Shown piece after piece: positions 27,701 to 42,700 of a stretch of 49,204 nucleotides of DNA; within the stretch, counting starts at the first letter, position 1, and each line of letters starts with the position of its first letter. Source of the stretch: Polyangia bacterium (lineage in GTDB: Bacteria; Myxococcota_A; Polyangia; JAAYKL01); contig JBNKCR010000004.1 of the NCBI GenBank assembly GCA_050287845.1, forward strand, positions 1-49,204, given 5' to 3'. Below the pieces are notes generated by a model. That model was not told the DNA's origin and made no database searches. It saw only the letters and a program-made list of their open reading frames with translations. The position numbers and the translations under genes were made by a program.

Positions 27701-30700
27701 GGCTATTATGGGCCATATTACCAATATCTTGAATCGGATCCCGTTTTGATTAGGCTGGTACCTCGACTGACTGTGCCCACACCAGTGCTGCACACTGTTT
27801 CGGATGTATTGATGGCCGGGTCTCTATTCTCGGCGCACATTGATGATATTGATGATCCATCGTTGACTATAAGTGTTCAGACTGTCGATCAGACAGGACA
27901 TCTGCTTGCTTCGGGATTCAACGCGGTAAATTTTGTCATTCCGGAGGGCATCACATCGCTTTCTACAACCGCCATCGTGTCAGATGGTTTGGGAAATGAA
28001 AAACAGACATCGTCGACCACTCGTATAATTCCTGCTTTGCCGCTGACACAGTTGGCGGAAACCATGCCATTCACAGTTGCTTTGTCAGGAGTAGGGAACA
28101 CATGGTTTGCCGTGGGGTCTGACATTCTGGTAAGAAACGCTTCAGGGGTGACCAATACGATTGCAACGATGAACGGCGCTGTGACAGCAATGGATTTCTA
28201 TGGAAATTATCTCATTGTGGCAGTGGAAAACGACGGTTTTAAAGTACTCAATATGGCGGAGAATATGAAGGTTGTGGGAACTCACAGTGCGCTTGGAACT
28301 GTCCGCCAGATATTGGTAAATAATAACAGAATGGTCGCTTCTGTGGACGGAAATCTGAAAGGATACAACCTGCAGGGCAGTGCTATCAGTGATGCTGGTA
28401 TTACCGGTACGGTCTCCACGGCGAATGTTGCATTCATGCGAAAGGCGAGGGGCGGATTTGTGGTGGCAATCGGGGATGCGTTGCTTATTGTGAATGAAGA
28501 TTTGCAGGTGGTTCAGACAATAGGTGGTGAATTCCGGGCTGCAGTAGCGCAGGACAATTTTATTTATGCACTTAAACAGGACGGTCGAATGACAGTTGTG
28601 GATCCCGCGGGTAAGCAGACAGCAGTTTCCATGAATGTGCTTGCCGACTTTATGTTCGCACTTCAGGGAGATATTCTTGCGGTGTCTGATCATGCGGTCT
28701 CTGTCATTGATGTGCGTAACCCCTATGCGCCGATTATTTCAGGCGTGTTGCCAATATCGATCTCGACAGATGTCGGTATTGCAGTGCTTTCCGGTGGAAA
28801 ACTCTGGTTTGGTGGCAACGGAGGATCAGTAGTTGAACTGGGCCGCACTGTCTTTGCACCTGAACAATCTTATTTTATGGCCTCGCCCAAAGGTATCATT
28901 TCTGATGTGGCATTTGCCCATGACAAATTGATTGCAGCGGCAGATTTTTATGGCGCGTTGATGCTTTCACGGAACGGCAACAATGGATGGACTGAGGCGG
29001 TGTATCCATCCCCTTATTCCGCGTCGGCGAATGAAGTGGATACCAATGATACAAAAGTATTTCTGGCTCAACAAAATAATCGGAGGGTTATTTCAGTCGC
29101 GCAAAATGGTGAATTGGAGACGGTGTTAAGCGGGGAAGCGTTTTCGCATCTTGTGGTAGACAACAGCATAGTTGCTGCCACTACCGGCGACCATCTTTAT
29201 CTGGGAAAGGCGAAAAGAGACAGCTTTCAATTTATTCAGTCTTTCGCGGTCCCAGATACCGGATATGATATCTCGGCGCTTGAGATCGCCGGAAATGCGC
29301 TCTGGGTGAGCACGCTTTCCGGAACAATTTTCAGGATTGATATTCCAGAGTTACCTCTTACAGAGTTCAATCGGCTTCGCATAAAGCCGATTATTATGGG
29401 ATTGGCCAATCCGGTGACGCTCATGAAGGCCGATGGCGACAATCTATATTACACGGATGGAGTCAATGTCCGTCGGTACAATCTCAAGGATGGAACAACT
29501 GAATCAATCACGCTGGGCGAAAATGTTGTTTCGCTGGCGGTTTCCGGTGGAAATCTATGGATTGCTGCTGCAACAAATGTATACGTGCTGGAAACCAGCG
29601 CCACATGGCAGGCGATGTCGCTGCCGCCCTACTATACAGCTGCCAACGTGATCACCTCCATTGATGCATATGGCGATCAGCTGGCAATCGGTTTTGGGAC
29701 CGAAGGAATTGAAGTGTTGCGTATCTCCCAACAGATGTTGACATCGTCCGCATCCATTGGTTCACCAGGATTTGATGTGGTTGTTGTGGATGAGCAGACG
29801 CTGCAGATATCATTGCAGGATACAGATGGTGTCCATGATGTCGAATTCCTGATAAACGGCACACCGGTTGCCCGAGGTACCTCTCCCGCACTGTCACAGA
29901 CAGTACGCGTTCCGTCCTCATTGCTGAATGGCGAAGTGTTCACGATTTCGTCGAGTGTTGAATCTGTGTTTGGTGAATTGCCAGCGAGTTCCACAAGGGA
30001 AGTAACGCTTTGGCGTGAAGGTATTCCTCAGAACAACGATTCTTTTGCAATATCTCTGGAAGCAAGCGGTGGAGCGACGCAACAGGCACTGGTGCTTCAG
30101 GCCTATGTATTCAACAGCAATGCTAATGTAGAACTGGTGCAATTCTTTAAATACAACGAGATAGATGGTTCGTTGAGTCTCATTGACACCAACTATGGGC
30201 CCGAGTACCGACTTGAATTATCGTATCCAGATACAGGAACGTATTCTTTCGTTGCCGTTGCGGTGGATGAGTTCGGCAATACGGTGAGCTCGGAGATTGC
30301 TTCAATCGCGCGGTATAGCGACAATATGAAGCCTGAAACAATTTCCTTTTCCCTCGAGGGTACTTTGTCGTCTTATGGTCAGCCGATTGCGGGGCATCCA
30401 TTTACTGTGGTGGTGAATGTGTCTGATTCTCAGAGCGGTGTAGCTGAAGCACGGCTGCTGAAAAATGGTGTGGTATTGGCAGCATTGTATGAAAATGGTC
30501 AGATGCGATATAGTGAGTCGCAAGTGGAACTGGGGCAAATCTTTACCTATGAAATTGAGGTTACTGACCATGCCGGCAACACCGTTTCGCCAAACCCTAC
30601 AAAAATGTACACTGTGGAAACAGACCGGGCTCCATGGGTATCATTGATATATAAGCCTCAGCAAATATTCGAATTGTCTGATTTTTCGATTTTGCTCAGT

Positions 30701-33700
30701 GCAAGTGATGATATAGCCGTGTCATCGTTTCGGGTAGAGTATTGCGAAGATCAATTTGAGTATGTGCCGTTGTCCCCTCAAAATATACTTCAATATGAAT
30801 TTGATTTGTCGGACTATCGTAACGAACGTCTAAGTAACGGCATAGATGAAGAACTGACAGTTACAATAGAAGATGTCAACGGCCAACAGAGTACCAATAA
30901 TTATTCAATTTCGGTGATTCCCGATTTACCTCCAACGGCCGTCTCATTGAATGTATCAGCACCGGCGTATGGATATTTTGACAGCGTATTGAAAGTTTCG
31001 GTATCGAACTTGAACTCTGCAGATGATGCTGGTAGCGCACAGTTGGTTGCCACTATTTTTAACTTAACTGACGGGCAGGCTGTTCCGGTCTTCGAGTCAT
31101 CAGGAAAAAAATCATTTGAAGCCACAATCCCCACACCAGAGGATGAATTGCTGGGTTCGGAATATAGATTTTTTGTCCGTTTAACTGACCGTCTTGGTCA
31201 ATCATCGGATACACAGATATATAGTGTAAGCCTGAGCCAACTCCCAAATAGTATCCAGTTTAATAACGGCGGTGATAGCAGTATTAATCCCGCGTTTGTC
31301 GATGCCGGTGAAACAATGCCGCTTCAGGTTCAAGTACTGGATTTGGCTGGAAGACCTATATCAAATCAATCGATACTCTGGAATATTGAGTCTTTCAATA
31401 CTGGAGATATGACATTTTTGGGAACGACAACAACGAATGAATTCGGACACGCAACTCTTACGATTCCGGTACACTATTCAGTGGGAAAACATCGAATCAT
31501 TACCTCTGTACAGAATTATCCATGGCTTAAGAGTATGCACGGATTTGAAGTGGCATCAGGAACGCTTGATCATTTCCAAATATCATATTTACCCGCAATG
31601 GAAGCGAACACAGCGTTTGAATACAATGTTCGCGCAATGGATGCCGGACTGAATGTTGTTAATGGTGTTGATGGCGAAGTTCTCGCCATAGAAATTTTAA
31701 ACAGTGATTTCCATTTTGCCTTTGCCAATAATGTGGTGATAGAGCCGATAGTCGAAGACAATGAGACGATTGGCGAAAGAGCCAGAGTTACTTTTGAAAA
31801 CGGCATGGCAACAGTTGCCGTCACAGCAGACGAAAAAACTGGCGTATACCCGAGTACAATAACGATTGCCGACGGAATAAACGCATTTGTAACATATGAT
31901 AGCGATGGTTTGTCGGAAACGCCTTCCGTGGAAACAGATACTGTCGCGCTCAACGTGATGCCTTCTGACCCATTCGGATTGTTGTTTGAGCTGGCGAATT
32001 TCACCAATATGGAATTGGGCGATTCTTCAAGATTGGAAGCAGGGGAGACTGCCACCGTAAGATTGAACGTGGTAGATCAATATGACAATGTGGTGACTCA
32101 TGTGAAGCAGGGAGACGATTGGGTAGCATCCAGTTTTACATCCGAAGTACTGATAGATGAAACTACCAGTGCTTATAGCAACAATAGTACACCGTTTGCA
32201 GTCTCTCTGGAAAAAGGTTCTGTTGAATTCCCGATATCCGATGATGTGGTGGAACAGACGCATATATCAGCACAAAATACTGCAACCGTGGATGAAACAT
32301 TTGATAACAGCGACGTATTAACGCTGCAATTTCTGAAACCATATCCGGCAATATCAGATGCTCGATTCGCGGTGGCGCATAATGATGTGAACCCGCCATT
32401 AATAATTGATTTTTCCGAGGAGATTATTGTTCCTGAGGGGCAGTCTCTGGACAATGTATTCAATATCACAGCTGATGGTGTTGCCGTCGAGGGTAGTTTT
32501 TCTCTTGAGGGATCAGCGGGAACTTTTGTATTCAGTGATGATGTCGAATTGGCGCAGTGCTATATGATCGATACTTCTGCTTCTTCGGCAATTGGAGCAA
32601 TCGATGAAGATGTAATGTTGCCACAGCAAATAAATGTTTGTGCACCTCAAGTGGCAATTCCTTCACAATCAAATGGCTTCATTCTAGAAAATGTGTCGAA
32701 TCATTTTGAATTGATTTACGCAAGTACAATTTATCCACCGATAATTGGATTTCCATCCGTAAGTGTTGGAGGAGAAAACGTACATCTAAATGTTGTAACA
32801 AGGTCATTCATTGCTCCTTCATTCGATGAGGATGGCGACGAAATTACGCTTGGTTTCAGTGGAACCTATGCAGGAGTGCCAATCCAAACTGCGAATACGA
32901 TTTCTGCCATAGCATTGACTGAAGAAGGGGATTACGACGGAGACACATTACCCAATGGGGCTGAAGTTCTGGCTGGCTTGAATCCGATGAATACACATTC
33001 AAACGGCAGTGACCGGCCGGATATTGACGAAGATCCAGATGGAGATGGTTTAAGTAATGCGCAGGAACTTCTGGCCGGAACGAACATTGCCAGCGCAGAC
33101 AGTGACAAAGATGGATTGTCGGATAGTGCGGAATTGACACAGTACAACACTAATCCGTTGATAGAGGACAGTGATGGTGACGGTTTAAATGATGGTTTAG
33201 AGGTGAATGTTCATGGTACCGATCCTAACAGTACAGACATGGACGGTGATGGCGTTTCTGATTATAATGAGATCACATTGTATAATACTGATGCCAATGA
33301 TGTGGATAGTGATGACGATGGATTATCTGATGGGCAAGAAATACAGATATATAATACTAATCCCACAGTGAGTGATACCGACGCGGATGGTGTGATTGAC
33401 GGCATCGAAATTGTCACCGGAAATGACCCTCTCGATGAATTGATACATGATGTTGTTGGTTGGGCGACAGCAATCTCAGTCAATCCGAATGAATTGAATC
33501 TTCAGCTGTCGACCTATGACATTCAGACAATTTCATTGGAAGCTTATGCCACTGTGACGCTGAGTGCAACCGATGTGGAAGGTTCTCTATTGTCTGCAGG
33601 AGACTATGAGATAGAGATCACTGAAATGGCCATTTTCACATCGATAAATTCGAATATTGCTGTTGTCTCCCAGAACACAAAAGGAGAGTACGAAGTTACT

Positions 33701-36700
33701 GGGGAAGGAACTACAGATTTAGTAGCGGAGTGGGCAACTTTCGTGGACACTTGTGTGCTGACTGTCGAACCCGAACCGGGCGCAACAGTTATCAGCACAG
33801 TGGACTATATCCAGAATTATACAGACCTTACTACAGACCTCAGTGATCGATATTTCGTAGTTGATGACGGCGGATATTTGTTTATTGATGACACCGTACA
33901 AATTGGTCGACTGGAAATTAGAGATGGAGGTACAGTTAAATTTGGATTTGGAATATCCAATTTGGAGATTTCAAACATGCTGGTAGTTGATGCTGGGGGT
34001 AAGTTACAGGGAGAGGCAGTCGAAGTTAATGGCAATGCATATCTGAATGGTTCCGTTATTGTAGATAGTCTGATAGTTGGTTCAGACATAATGATGAGCG
34101 GTGGCGTGTTGGAAAGCGAATATGTCCAATGCTCGGACATGATATTGTCTGACTCAGCACTTGTAACTACCCATAATTCGTTCAATACAACTTACTACCC
34201 GTTGACAGTAAGCGTCGTCGGTCTGCTACGGATTGATACAAATTCATCTATTGATGTCAGTGGCAAAGGATATGTTTCCGGAATCACATTCGGAGGCATT
34301 TCTCATAGTGCAGCAACTGGCAGTCATGGCGGTGTTGGATATTATGACGCAACTGGAGATGGAGATGATTTCGTGGCACCGTATGGTGATTTTCTTCATC
34401 CAGAGCTTCCCGGAGCGGGAGGACGAAGCTCTCGCTCTGGTGGCGGTGTGCTCTCTGTTTCATGTACAGAGATTGAGTTGATGAATGGCTTTATTCTTTC
34501 CAACGGCATGGATTATTATGGCGCGGGGGGCAGTATCGACATTGATGCCAGGAGACTGCAGTTTGATGACGATGCGTATATTTCTGCTGCAGGGGGAGGG
34601 AGTTGGACATCAATAAGCAGTTCCGGCGGCGGTGGCCGTATCAGGATCTCCACAGAACAAATTCTGGATTTCAATGAGAACGAATTGTCAGGAGCAAATA
34701 GACCCATCTACGCCAATGGAGGAGGATCCAGATACATAGAAACATCTTCCTATGGTAGAGCAGGAGCGGGCACTGTGGTCTATTTGACCGAGGGGGTTAT
34801 AGACACCCTGGTCATTTCTAATGACGGTTTCCTGGACGAGCAGACGTTGCCATCTAGGAAAGAGACAAACCTTGAGGTAATTGGACAGCATAACATAGAG
34901 GATGTCAATGAAACACAGCCCGGATCAGGTATATGGGAAATTCAGTTGCCGAATGGCGCCTTGAGGTCGAGTAGAAATTATACAGGTTATCAGGTGGATT
35001 TGGATGCAAGCACGTCTGCAGGCCCGTACTATAAGATTGCTGATTATAACTTCTCCCAGAATACGTTGACTCTTGTAACAACAGATGATTTGAGCATTTA
35101 TATAGGTACTCAATTGGTGGGAGTTCATTCTTTCGAACAAATTATCGTCAACGGCGGCATCGTTGCCAATTTCGGAAGAGACCGTATCCTGGTGAACGAT
35201 TCACTAACCGTTGACGCATTGAATGGAGACAATAAGCTTTATGCGGACGACGTCATTGGACTTGATAATCTGACCACAGCAGAAGGTGTGATAGTAAACA
35301 TATCACAACCATATGTTTTTGATTCATTGATCAAAGACAATCTCAATCTCGGATTTAAATCTCTGACTGTGGGTGAGGGCGGTTTGTCCTGGTCCAACGG
35401 AAAATTGGGTGTTGAAAACCTGACAGTTTCAGGGGATGTGATTCTGTCCAATGTGCAAGCCTTTGCTGGAAAATGGGAGGTCAAGAATGGCGGCAATCTT
35501 GAGTTGTTTAACAATTCGGCGCTTCATGCTTTTGAAGCCGTTGAACTTGAATACTTTCCATTGGAGTTGAATGTCGATAACATCATCACACTGAATAGCG
35601 GTAGCGGAATTGATGTGGATGGCCGAGGATATCTTGGAACATATGTGTTCGACTGGGCACGTTCGTTTACTTCTGGAGCAGCCAGCCATGGGGGCTATGG
35701 AGCCAAAACATCATCCAGCATTCCAGTCAAGCCGGTATATGGCGAATACATGAACGCTGTATTTGCTGGCGGAGGAGGCGGTACAAGCACTGATGAGATC
35801 CATACTGCCATCGGTGGCGGTGTCGTGAATATTCATTCGTCTGTATTTGAGATGAATGAGGCGTATGTTTCCGCAGAAGGAATAACACATGACGAACTAA
35901 ATCAAGTCGATGTGTACAGTGGTGCCGGAGGCAGCGTATCGATTGATTGTTCCCTGTTTAAAATGGATGAACAATCATATATCAGCGCTCAGGGTGCAGC
36001 TGACGCCACATATTCAAGTGGGGGTGGTCGTGTAGCCATTCGATATGAACAATCCGAAGATATGAACGGCAATTCTATAGAACTGGAAGAAAATAGAATC
36101 GGTTCTTCCAGCGGAAAAACCTATCATACTGTTGATGAGATCAGCGGCAAGTACAGAGGAAGTTGCGGCACTGTCTATTTTGAAAAAGAAGAAGGTAGCA
36201 ATGTATTAAAGCTTGAAAATATGGATGTAGCAGGCAGGTCCTGCCCAGCCGTTGTTTCAAATGTTCTGCGCACACCATTGGAAGCAATTGGGCAACATCA
36301 GATATTAAACGCATATGAATCAGACCCGGTATTGGAGGAATGGACGATTGAGCTAGATACAAAGTCTTTGGTTCCGGATCGTGCGTATGTTGGTTATCAA
36401 GTTGATTTGGATGCGAATTCTGAAACTGGACCATTCTATACTATTACAGCTGTGGATATCGCAGCGCAGAAAATTATTATTCAAACTACGGATGATTTGA
36501 GTGGCATCACAGGTAACGAAATCTGTGGGATACACCGACTCGACTTGATCACGCTCAATGGTGGGGTTGTCGGAGACTTTGGTGATGATCGATTGTATGT
36601 TGCAGCGGGAGAGACCCTGCAGCTGAATTGCAGTACTTTGGGCAGCAACCATTTGTATGGGGATGCCATTATTGGAGACGGAACAGTTCAGACAGATGGT

Positions 36701-39700
36701 TGTCAACTAGAATTTGGTACAGTGAACGTTGGCAGTATCAATGACATCACAGACAGCGATGGTGATGGACTTCCAGACGTTGTTGAGATCGCAATGGGAC
36801 TTTCTACAACGAATACTGACACCGATGGTGATGGTCTGCTTGACGGGGAAGAAGTAAATGTCTATGGAACCCTGCCGTTGGAGGTTGATACCGATGGAGA
36901 TGGATTGAACGATGGTGTTGAGATTTCATTAGGCTATTCACCAACTGTTGCGGATTCTGATAACAACAAAATTGTTGACGGCAATGAAGACCCTGACGGT
37001 GACGGCTTAGTAAATTCAGAGGAAATTGTTCGTGGCACAGGTATCTTCACTATGGATTCGGATGAAGATGGATTGCCGGATGGCCTTGAAGTATCTGGTG
37101 GTTCAGACCCGTTGGATAGTAGTGATCGTTCTGCGACCTATACCACAACATCGCTTGATATGACATTATCGGTTTCTGCTCTGAACTATAGCTGCACCGG
37201 CGTGGAAACAGTTCAGGCGACGGTAGTCGCCACTGTCGAAGTAGAGGCCGGCGGACCGCAATATCAGATAGATGTGACTGATTCGCCAGATACAACATAT
37301 ACTTCAACTGATTTCAATGAGGAACCAACTCTGAATTTTTCTGGAAATGGTCAGTTCGAAATTATAGCTCCCAACGAAGTTGGAAGTTTGACCACCATTG
37401 CCGCAACATTTCGCAATATCAGTGCATACTCGGATATCTCCATATATCCACCGGAAGCACCTACAATGGTAGTTGATGTGGAACAAGTCACAGAACAGAT
37501 GCGCTTGTGTGATGTGGTTATCATGGATGGCGGCGTGCTCGTGGATGATGTAGGGCTTGAAATCGCAAATCTGACAGTCCAGTCTGGCGGGAGTTGGAGG
37601 GCTCCAGATGGCGTACTTCATGGACAGGTATCTGGAAACTTGACTCTTGAAGAGAGCGCAGAGGTAGCATGTGATCTTGAGGGTTCATTGGTTATTGGAG
37701 GCAATTTTGTCAATTCATCAAATCTGGAGTGTCCAACGATAGATGTCGGTGCACAGGTTATAAACTCTGGAAATCTATATGGGGAATCGATGTTCGTCTC
37801 AGGACCGCTAGAGAACAATGGTGCAATATCCTTCACCGAAATTGACGCAGATTCGGATATTACGACGCGCGGTCAGAATGCTTCAATTAGAGCTGAAACG
37901 ATAGCCGGGAACGCAAACCTGAATGTTAGCGAAGGCAGTACCGTGACTGGAAACGACATTGATATAGCGCTTGCCGGCGCGGTCGTGATTGATGGGGATT
38001 CATCAATTGACGCAACCGGCATGGGGTACGCGGCGGGGGGTCGATGGTACGGTGACACTGAATCCTACAGCAACTATGCCGGGGTTCATGGAGGCTTTAT
38101 TTCGTATGCATATGATGACTATTTTGCTCCTGTTCAACCTGGTGAAGGTGGTTCTACTTCTGCTGGCGGTGGCGTAATACGAATTGTGGCGGATACATTG
38201 GTATTGTCTGATGGGGGCCAAATTACCGCCGATGGAGAGGCAAGCAATTCCAGTTATTCCGGTGCAGGTGGCAGTGTTTATATTGATGTGAACTCCATAG
38301 ATGGAATATCCGCTACAAATACTATCTCTGCCAATGGTGGAGACGTAGCCGTTGGAAATTCCGGTACAGGTGGGAGGGTTGCAATACTTTATGGGACAGA
38401 CCTGTATTCTTCAAACGATGGTGGTGTGTATAGTGATTATGTATCAGCCTCAGGTGGTGTAGCCGCTAGTAGCCCGGGACCTGAAGGAACCGTATATATC
38501 CGGCAAAAGGGCACAACAGACAACGGCAAACTGCGGACTTCCAATCGCATGGATAGTGGAATATTTAGTGAGAATTTGATTACTTCAGTTGTTCAGAATC
38601 CTGATGATACGTGGACTGTGGGACTTAGTGAACGGCTGGACAGGCGATATGGTTATGTGGGATATTATTTAGATTTGGATTCATCGGATTTATCTGGACC
38701 ATATTTTGAAATTGTAGATGTAGATTATTATGAACCCAATGTTACGATTCGTTGTGATGGTCGATGTCCCGCACAGCCACCGGCTCCAAATTCACAGAGT
38801 ATGGTTCTGGTGCACGTCCTTAGCGGTATCCATGCAACCGGGCCTCTGAACATGGATGATCAACGTGTGGTCGTCCCTGATGGGGCGAGTCTTGAAATAA
38901 AGTCACAAAACGCACTTGATGCTATAAACATGGAAGCATTGGCCGGACCGGGAAATGTAGAGATGAATAATGTCTATATCCGTGTCTGGGAGACAGAGAT
39001 TGGAAATCTCCATCTGTCGAATTGCCTATTCGTACACTTGCAGGATCTGACCACTAGTGAAGTTTTCGGTGTGAGTAGAGACAGCAGCGACAGTTTTAAT
39101 AGAACTCAAATAGCCCTTGGTAATTTTTATGGTGGTGGTGATTTAATTTTGAATGCGACACCGCCCTCTTGGATTACCATTACGAATCCTGGCGATTTTA
39201 TTTTATACGGACAGCCCCATTTGGATGGTGACGTTTCAATCAGTCCGAATAGGTTGGGAGATGTCGATGAAGACGGATTGATTGATGCGTGGGAAGAGAT
39301 ACTTGGTCTCGATGTCAACAATAGTGATTCGAATGGAGACGGTGTGGCTGACGGCGACGAAGATAGCGATGGAGATGGACTCTCCAATCTGGAAGAACGT
39401 GCTTTAAAACTTGACCTTTCCAGTGTTGATTCCAATGGAGACGGCGTGTTGGATGGGGATGAAGACAGTGACGGAGATGGACTTTCGAATCGGGATGAAC
39501 ACAATCAATCTCTGGATATGGCTAATCCGGATACGGATGGAGACGGTTTGACAGATGGAGATGAAGTGAATGTCTATGGCACATTGCCTTTAATTGCTGA
39601 CTCAGATGCAGACGGACTCTCTGATAGTGATGAAATTTTATTGGGAACCGATCCGTTGAATTCTGATAGCGACGATGATGGATTGACGGATGGAGATGAA

Positions 39701-42700
39701 GTGAATGTTTATGGTACTTCACCAATTGTCGCAGATTCGGATTTCGACGGACTCTCCGATAATGACGAAATTTTATTGGGAACTGATCCGTTCGATAATG
39801 ATAGCGACGATGATGGTTTAACAGATGGAGACGAAGTGAATGTTTATGGTACATCACCTGTTGATGCAGACTCGGATTCTGATAGATTCTCCGATAGTGA
39901 TGAAATTTTATTGGGAACTGATCCGTTGAATTCTGATAGCGACGATGATGGTTTGACAGATGGAGATGAAGTGAATGTTTATGGTACATCACCTGTTGAT
40001 GCAGACTCGGATTCTGATGGAATGTCTGATGGCGCTGAAGTAATTCTTGGTAGAAATCCGCTGGATGAAAATGACGCTATCGAAATTCTCAACGTATTAT
40101 CGTTGGCAACGACAATTCCAGATGTGAACATCAACTATAACTGTAATGAGTGGGAAACTGTTCAGGTGACCGTTGTAGCCACCGTTGAAACAGAGGAGGG
40201 AGGACCTCAGTATCAACTGGACGTGACCAACTGGGCTGATGTCACGTATACAGTTGAGGACACAAACATACTTGATACTTTGTCGTATACCTCAAGTGGG
40301 ATATTTGAAGTGATCGCACCAGGAGATGCTACGAATACAATATCCATTTCGGCAAGCTTTAGAGGTACAAGAGACAGTGCTGCGATTTATATTCTTCCGC
40401 CTGTCGAGCCAATGCTGGTGTTTGATACGCGATCGGTGAATGAAACGATGCTGTGGTGTGATGTGACAGTTGCCGATGGCGGAAGTTTGACACTGGACGC
40501 CAATAGCACACTCAAGAGTCTCGTTGTGGAAAATGGTGGCAGTGTAGACGCGCAGTCGTATTCCCTTTACGCAAATGAAGATATTTCAATTTCAGCAGGT
40601 GGCGAAATTTCGACATCACATTTGTCCGCACGGGGTGATCTTTTAAATAATGGGAACCTCACAGCAGGAACGATCGCAATTCAAGGTAATTTGCGAAACT
40701 TGGAAAACGGAAATATCGGCTCGTCGGGCTTTCCGATTGTGTCCTGTAATGGAGATCTAGTGAATTATGGGCGATTGGTTGCCTTGTCGGTGTCTTCAGA
40801 TCAGAAAATTTACAATTATGGGACATTAGGTGCATATGCTGAAATTTTTGCCAGTACTGAGTTTGAGAATACCGGGACGATTGATGCCGGTGATTTAACC
40901 TGCAATGGAGATATTCTTTTAGCCGGTGACGCTGAGCTGCGCTATTCATTGAACGGCGGAGCGAACTTACGGATTGAGAACACCGCGATTCTTTCTGGCA
41001 ATACGAATTTACCCATTAATATTGCAGGTGCTCTTGAAATCTATGATTCCGCTTCGATCGATCTGTCGCAGAAAGGTTATCGGACCGGGTATAAATTTCC
41101 GGGTGAAAGTGTAGTTGGAAACTTCGCTGGAGCGCACGGTGGCGAAGCGTTTAACTCATCTGACTATGGGAACTATTTGAATGCAGAATATCCAGGAGAC
41201 GGCAGTACGAATTCTCGGGGAGGTGGTGCGATAGAAATCGTTGCCAATTCGTTGCACCTTGACGGTGGCGGAAGTATTCTGGCCAATGGAGCGGATTCTA
41301 CGTATTATGGCAGCGCAGGCGGCAGTGTCAATATCGATATAATTACCCTGCTGGGTATCGGCGATGAGAGTCGTATTGAAACGAATGGAGGTAATGGCGG
41401 GTACTCTGGCGCAGGTGGTCGAGTTACTATCAGTTATGATATTGACAGCAGTGCAATCGGCCAAGGTGTTGATAGTGGGCGTATTCATGCGCTGGCTGGC
41501 GTTTCAACAAATGCTGATGAATTGGCCCAAGCAGCAGCGGGAACTGTGTACACGAAACACGAGGGGACCGATGATCAAGGAAGTCTGCTGATTAGCACTA
41601 TCGATTCAAGTGTGGGGGATGCTCATCCCACCAGTTTCGAGAATAGGTTGGAAAACGTTGGACGCCACGAAATTCTTAATTTGGTCAATAACGGAGATGA
41701 TACATCGACTCTTACGTTGCCGTTCGAGGCGTTGACAGGGCAGCGTGACTATGTCGGTAGAATTGTTGATTTGGACGCTTCAGATTTTATGGGTCCGTTC
41801 TATCAGATTATGGGATTTGATTTTTCAACGGGTGAACTGACAATTGACTGCAATGGCAATTGTCCACTCGAATCATCATTTACAGAACAACAGGAACTGG
41901 TGGGAATTCACCGTCTGTCGGAACTCGAAATCAGCGGTGGCAGTACAGCAAACTTTGGTGGCGATAGACTCTGGGTCGATACGGGAGAAGACCTTTCTAT
42001 TTATTGCGTACAAGGGGGTATCATTCGAGCGAACGCAATATTTGGCGAGGGAGAAGTCTTTTCCGATGGATGTGATTTCGAGTTGGAAGAAGTCGCAGTT
42101 ACATCTCTGAATATAAATAATGTGAATCTTGATGTCACGGGAGATTTGGAAGTCACTACTGCAATGACAGCAACATCGGATTCCAGAGCAGTGAGTATCG
42201 TGGTGGATGGGAATGTAATTTTCACTTCTACAGCTTCATTTGTAGCAACGGACTCTGGCAGCCTTCATCTGGATTTCGTAAAAGCCAATCTGGATAGACA
42301 ATACACGACGACAGGAAATGTAACGCTGTCTGACCGTTTGGCGGATAATGATGACGACGGATTGTCTAACGCTGTGGAAATTGAATTGGGATTGGATCCA
42401 AATTTCAACGACAGCGATGGCAATGGTACACTCGACGGCTTTGAAGACAGTGATGGAGATGGCATTGACAATCAGGAAGAGGCGAATGCTGGGTTGAATC
42501 CAGGAGATCAGGACTCGGACGGTGATGGACTTCCGGATGGGCTTGAACTGGCCTTGAGTACTGACCCGTTAGATGCAAACAGTTACGATGATGCATTTAC
42601 CGTATTGGATTTGAACCTCAATTTACCATTTTCGGAGATAGTTTATGATGGTGAGAATGTGCAATTTGTTCAGGCTGAAGTTGTTGCAACAGTCGAGTTG

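Noticed and set aside
39551..40020. Regularly spaced repeats as a possible CRISPR array (also 48871-49204)
   Set aside because: Units are multiples of 3, in-frame coding and similar over their full length, with no unique spacers and no cas genes.
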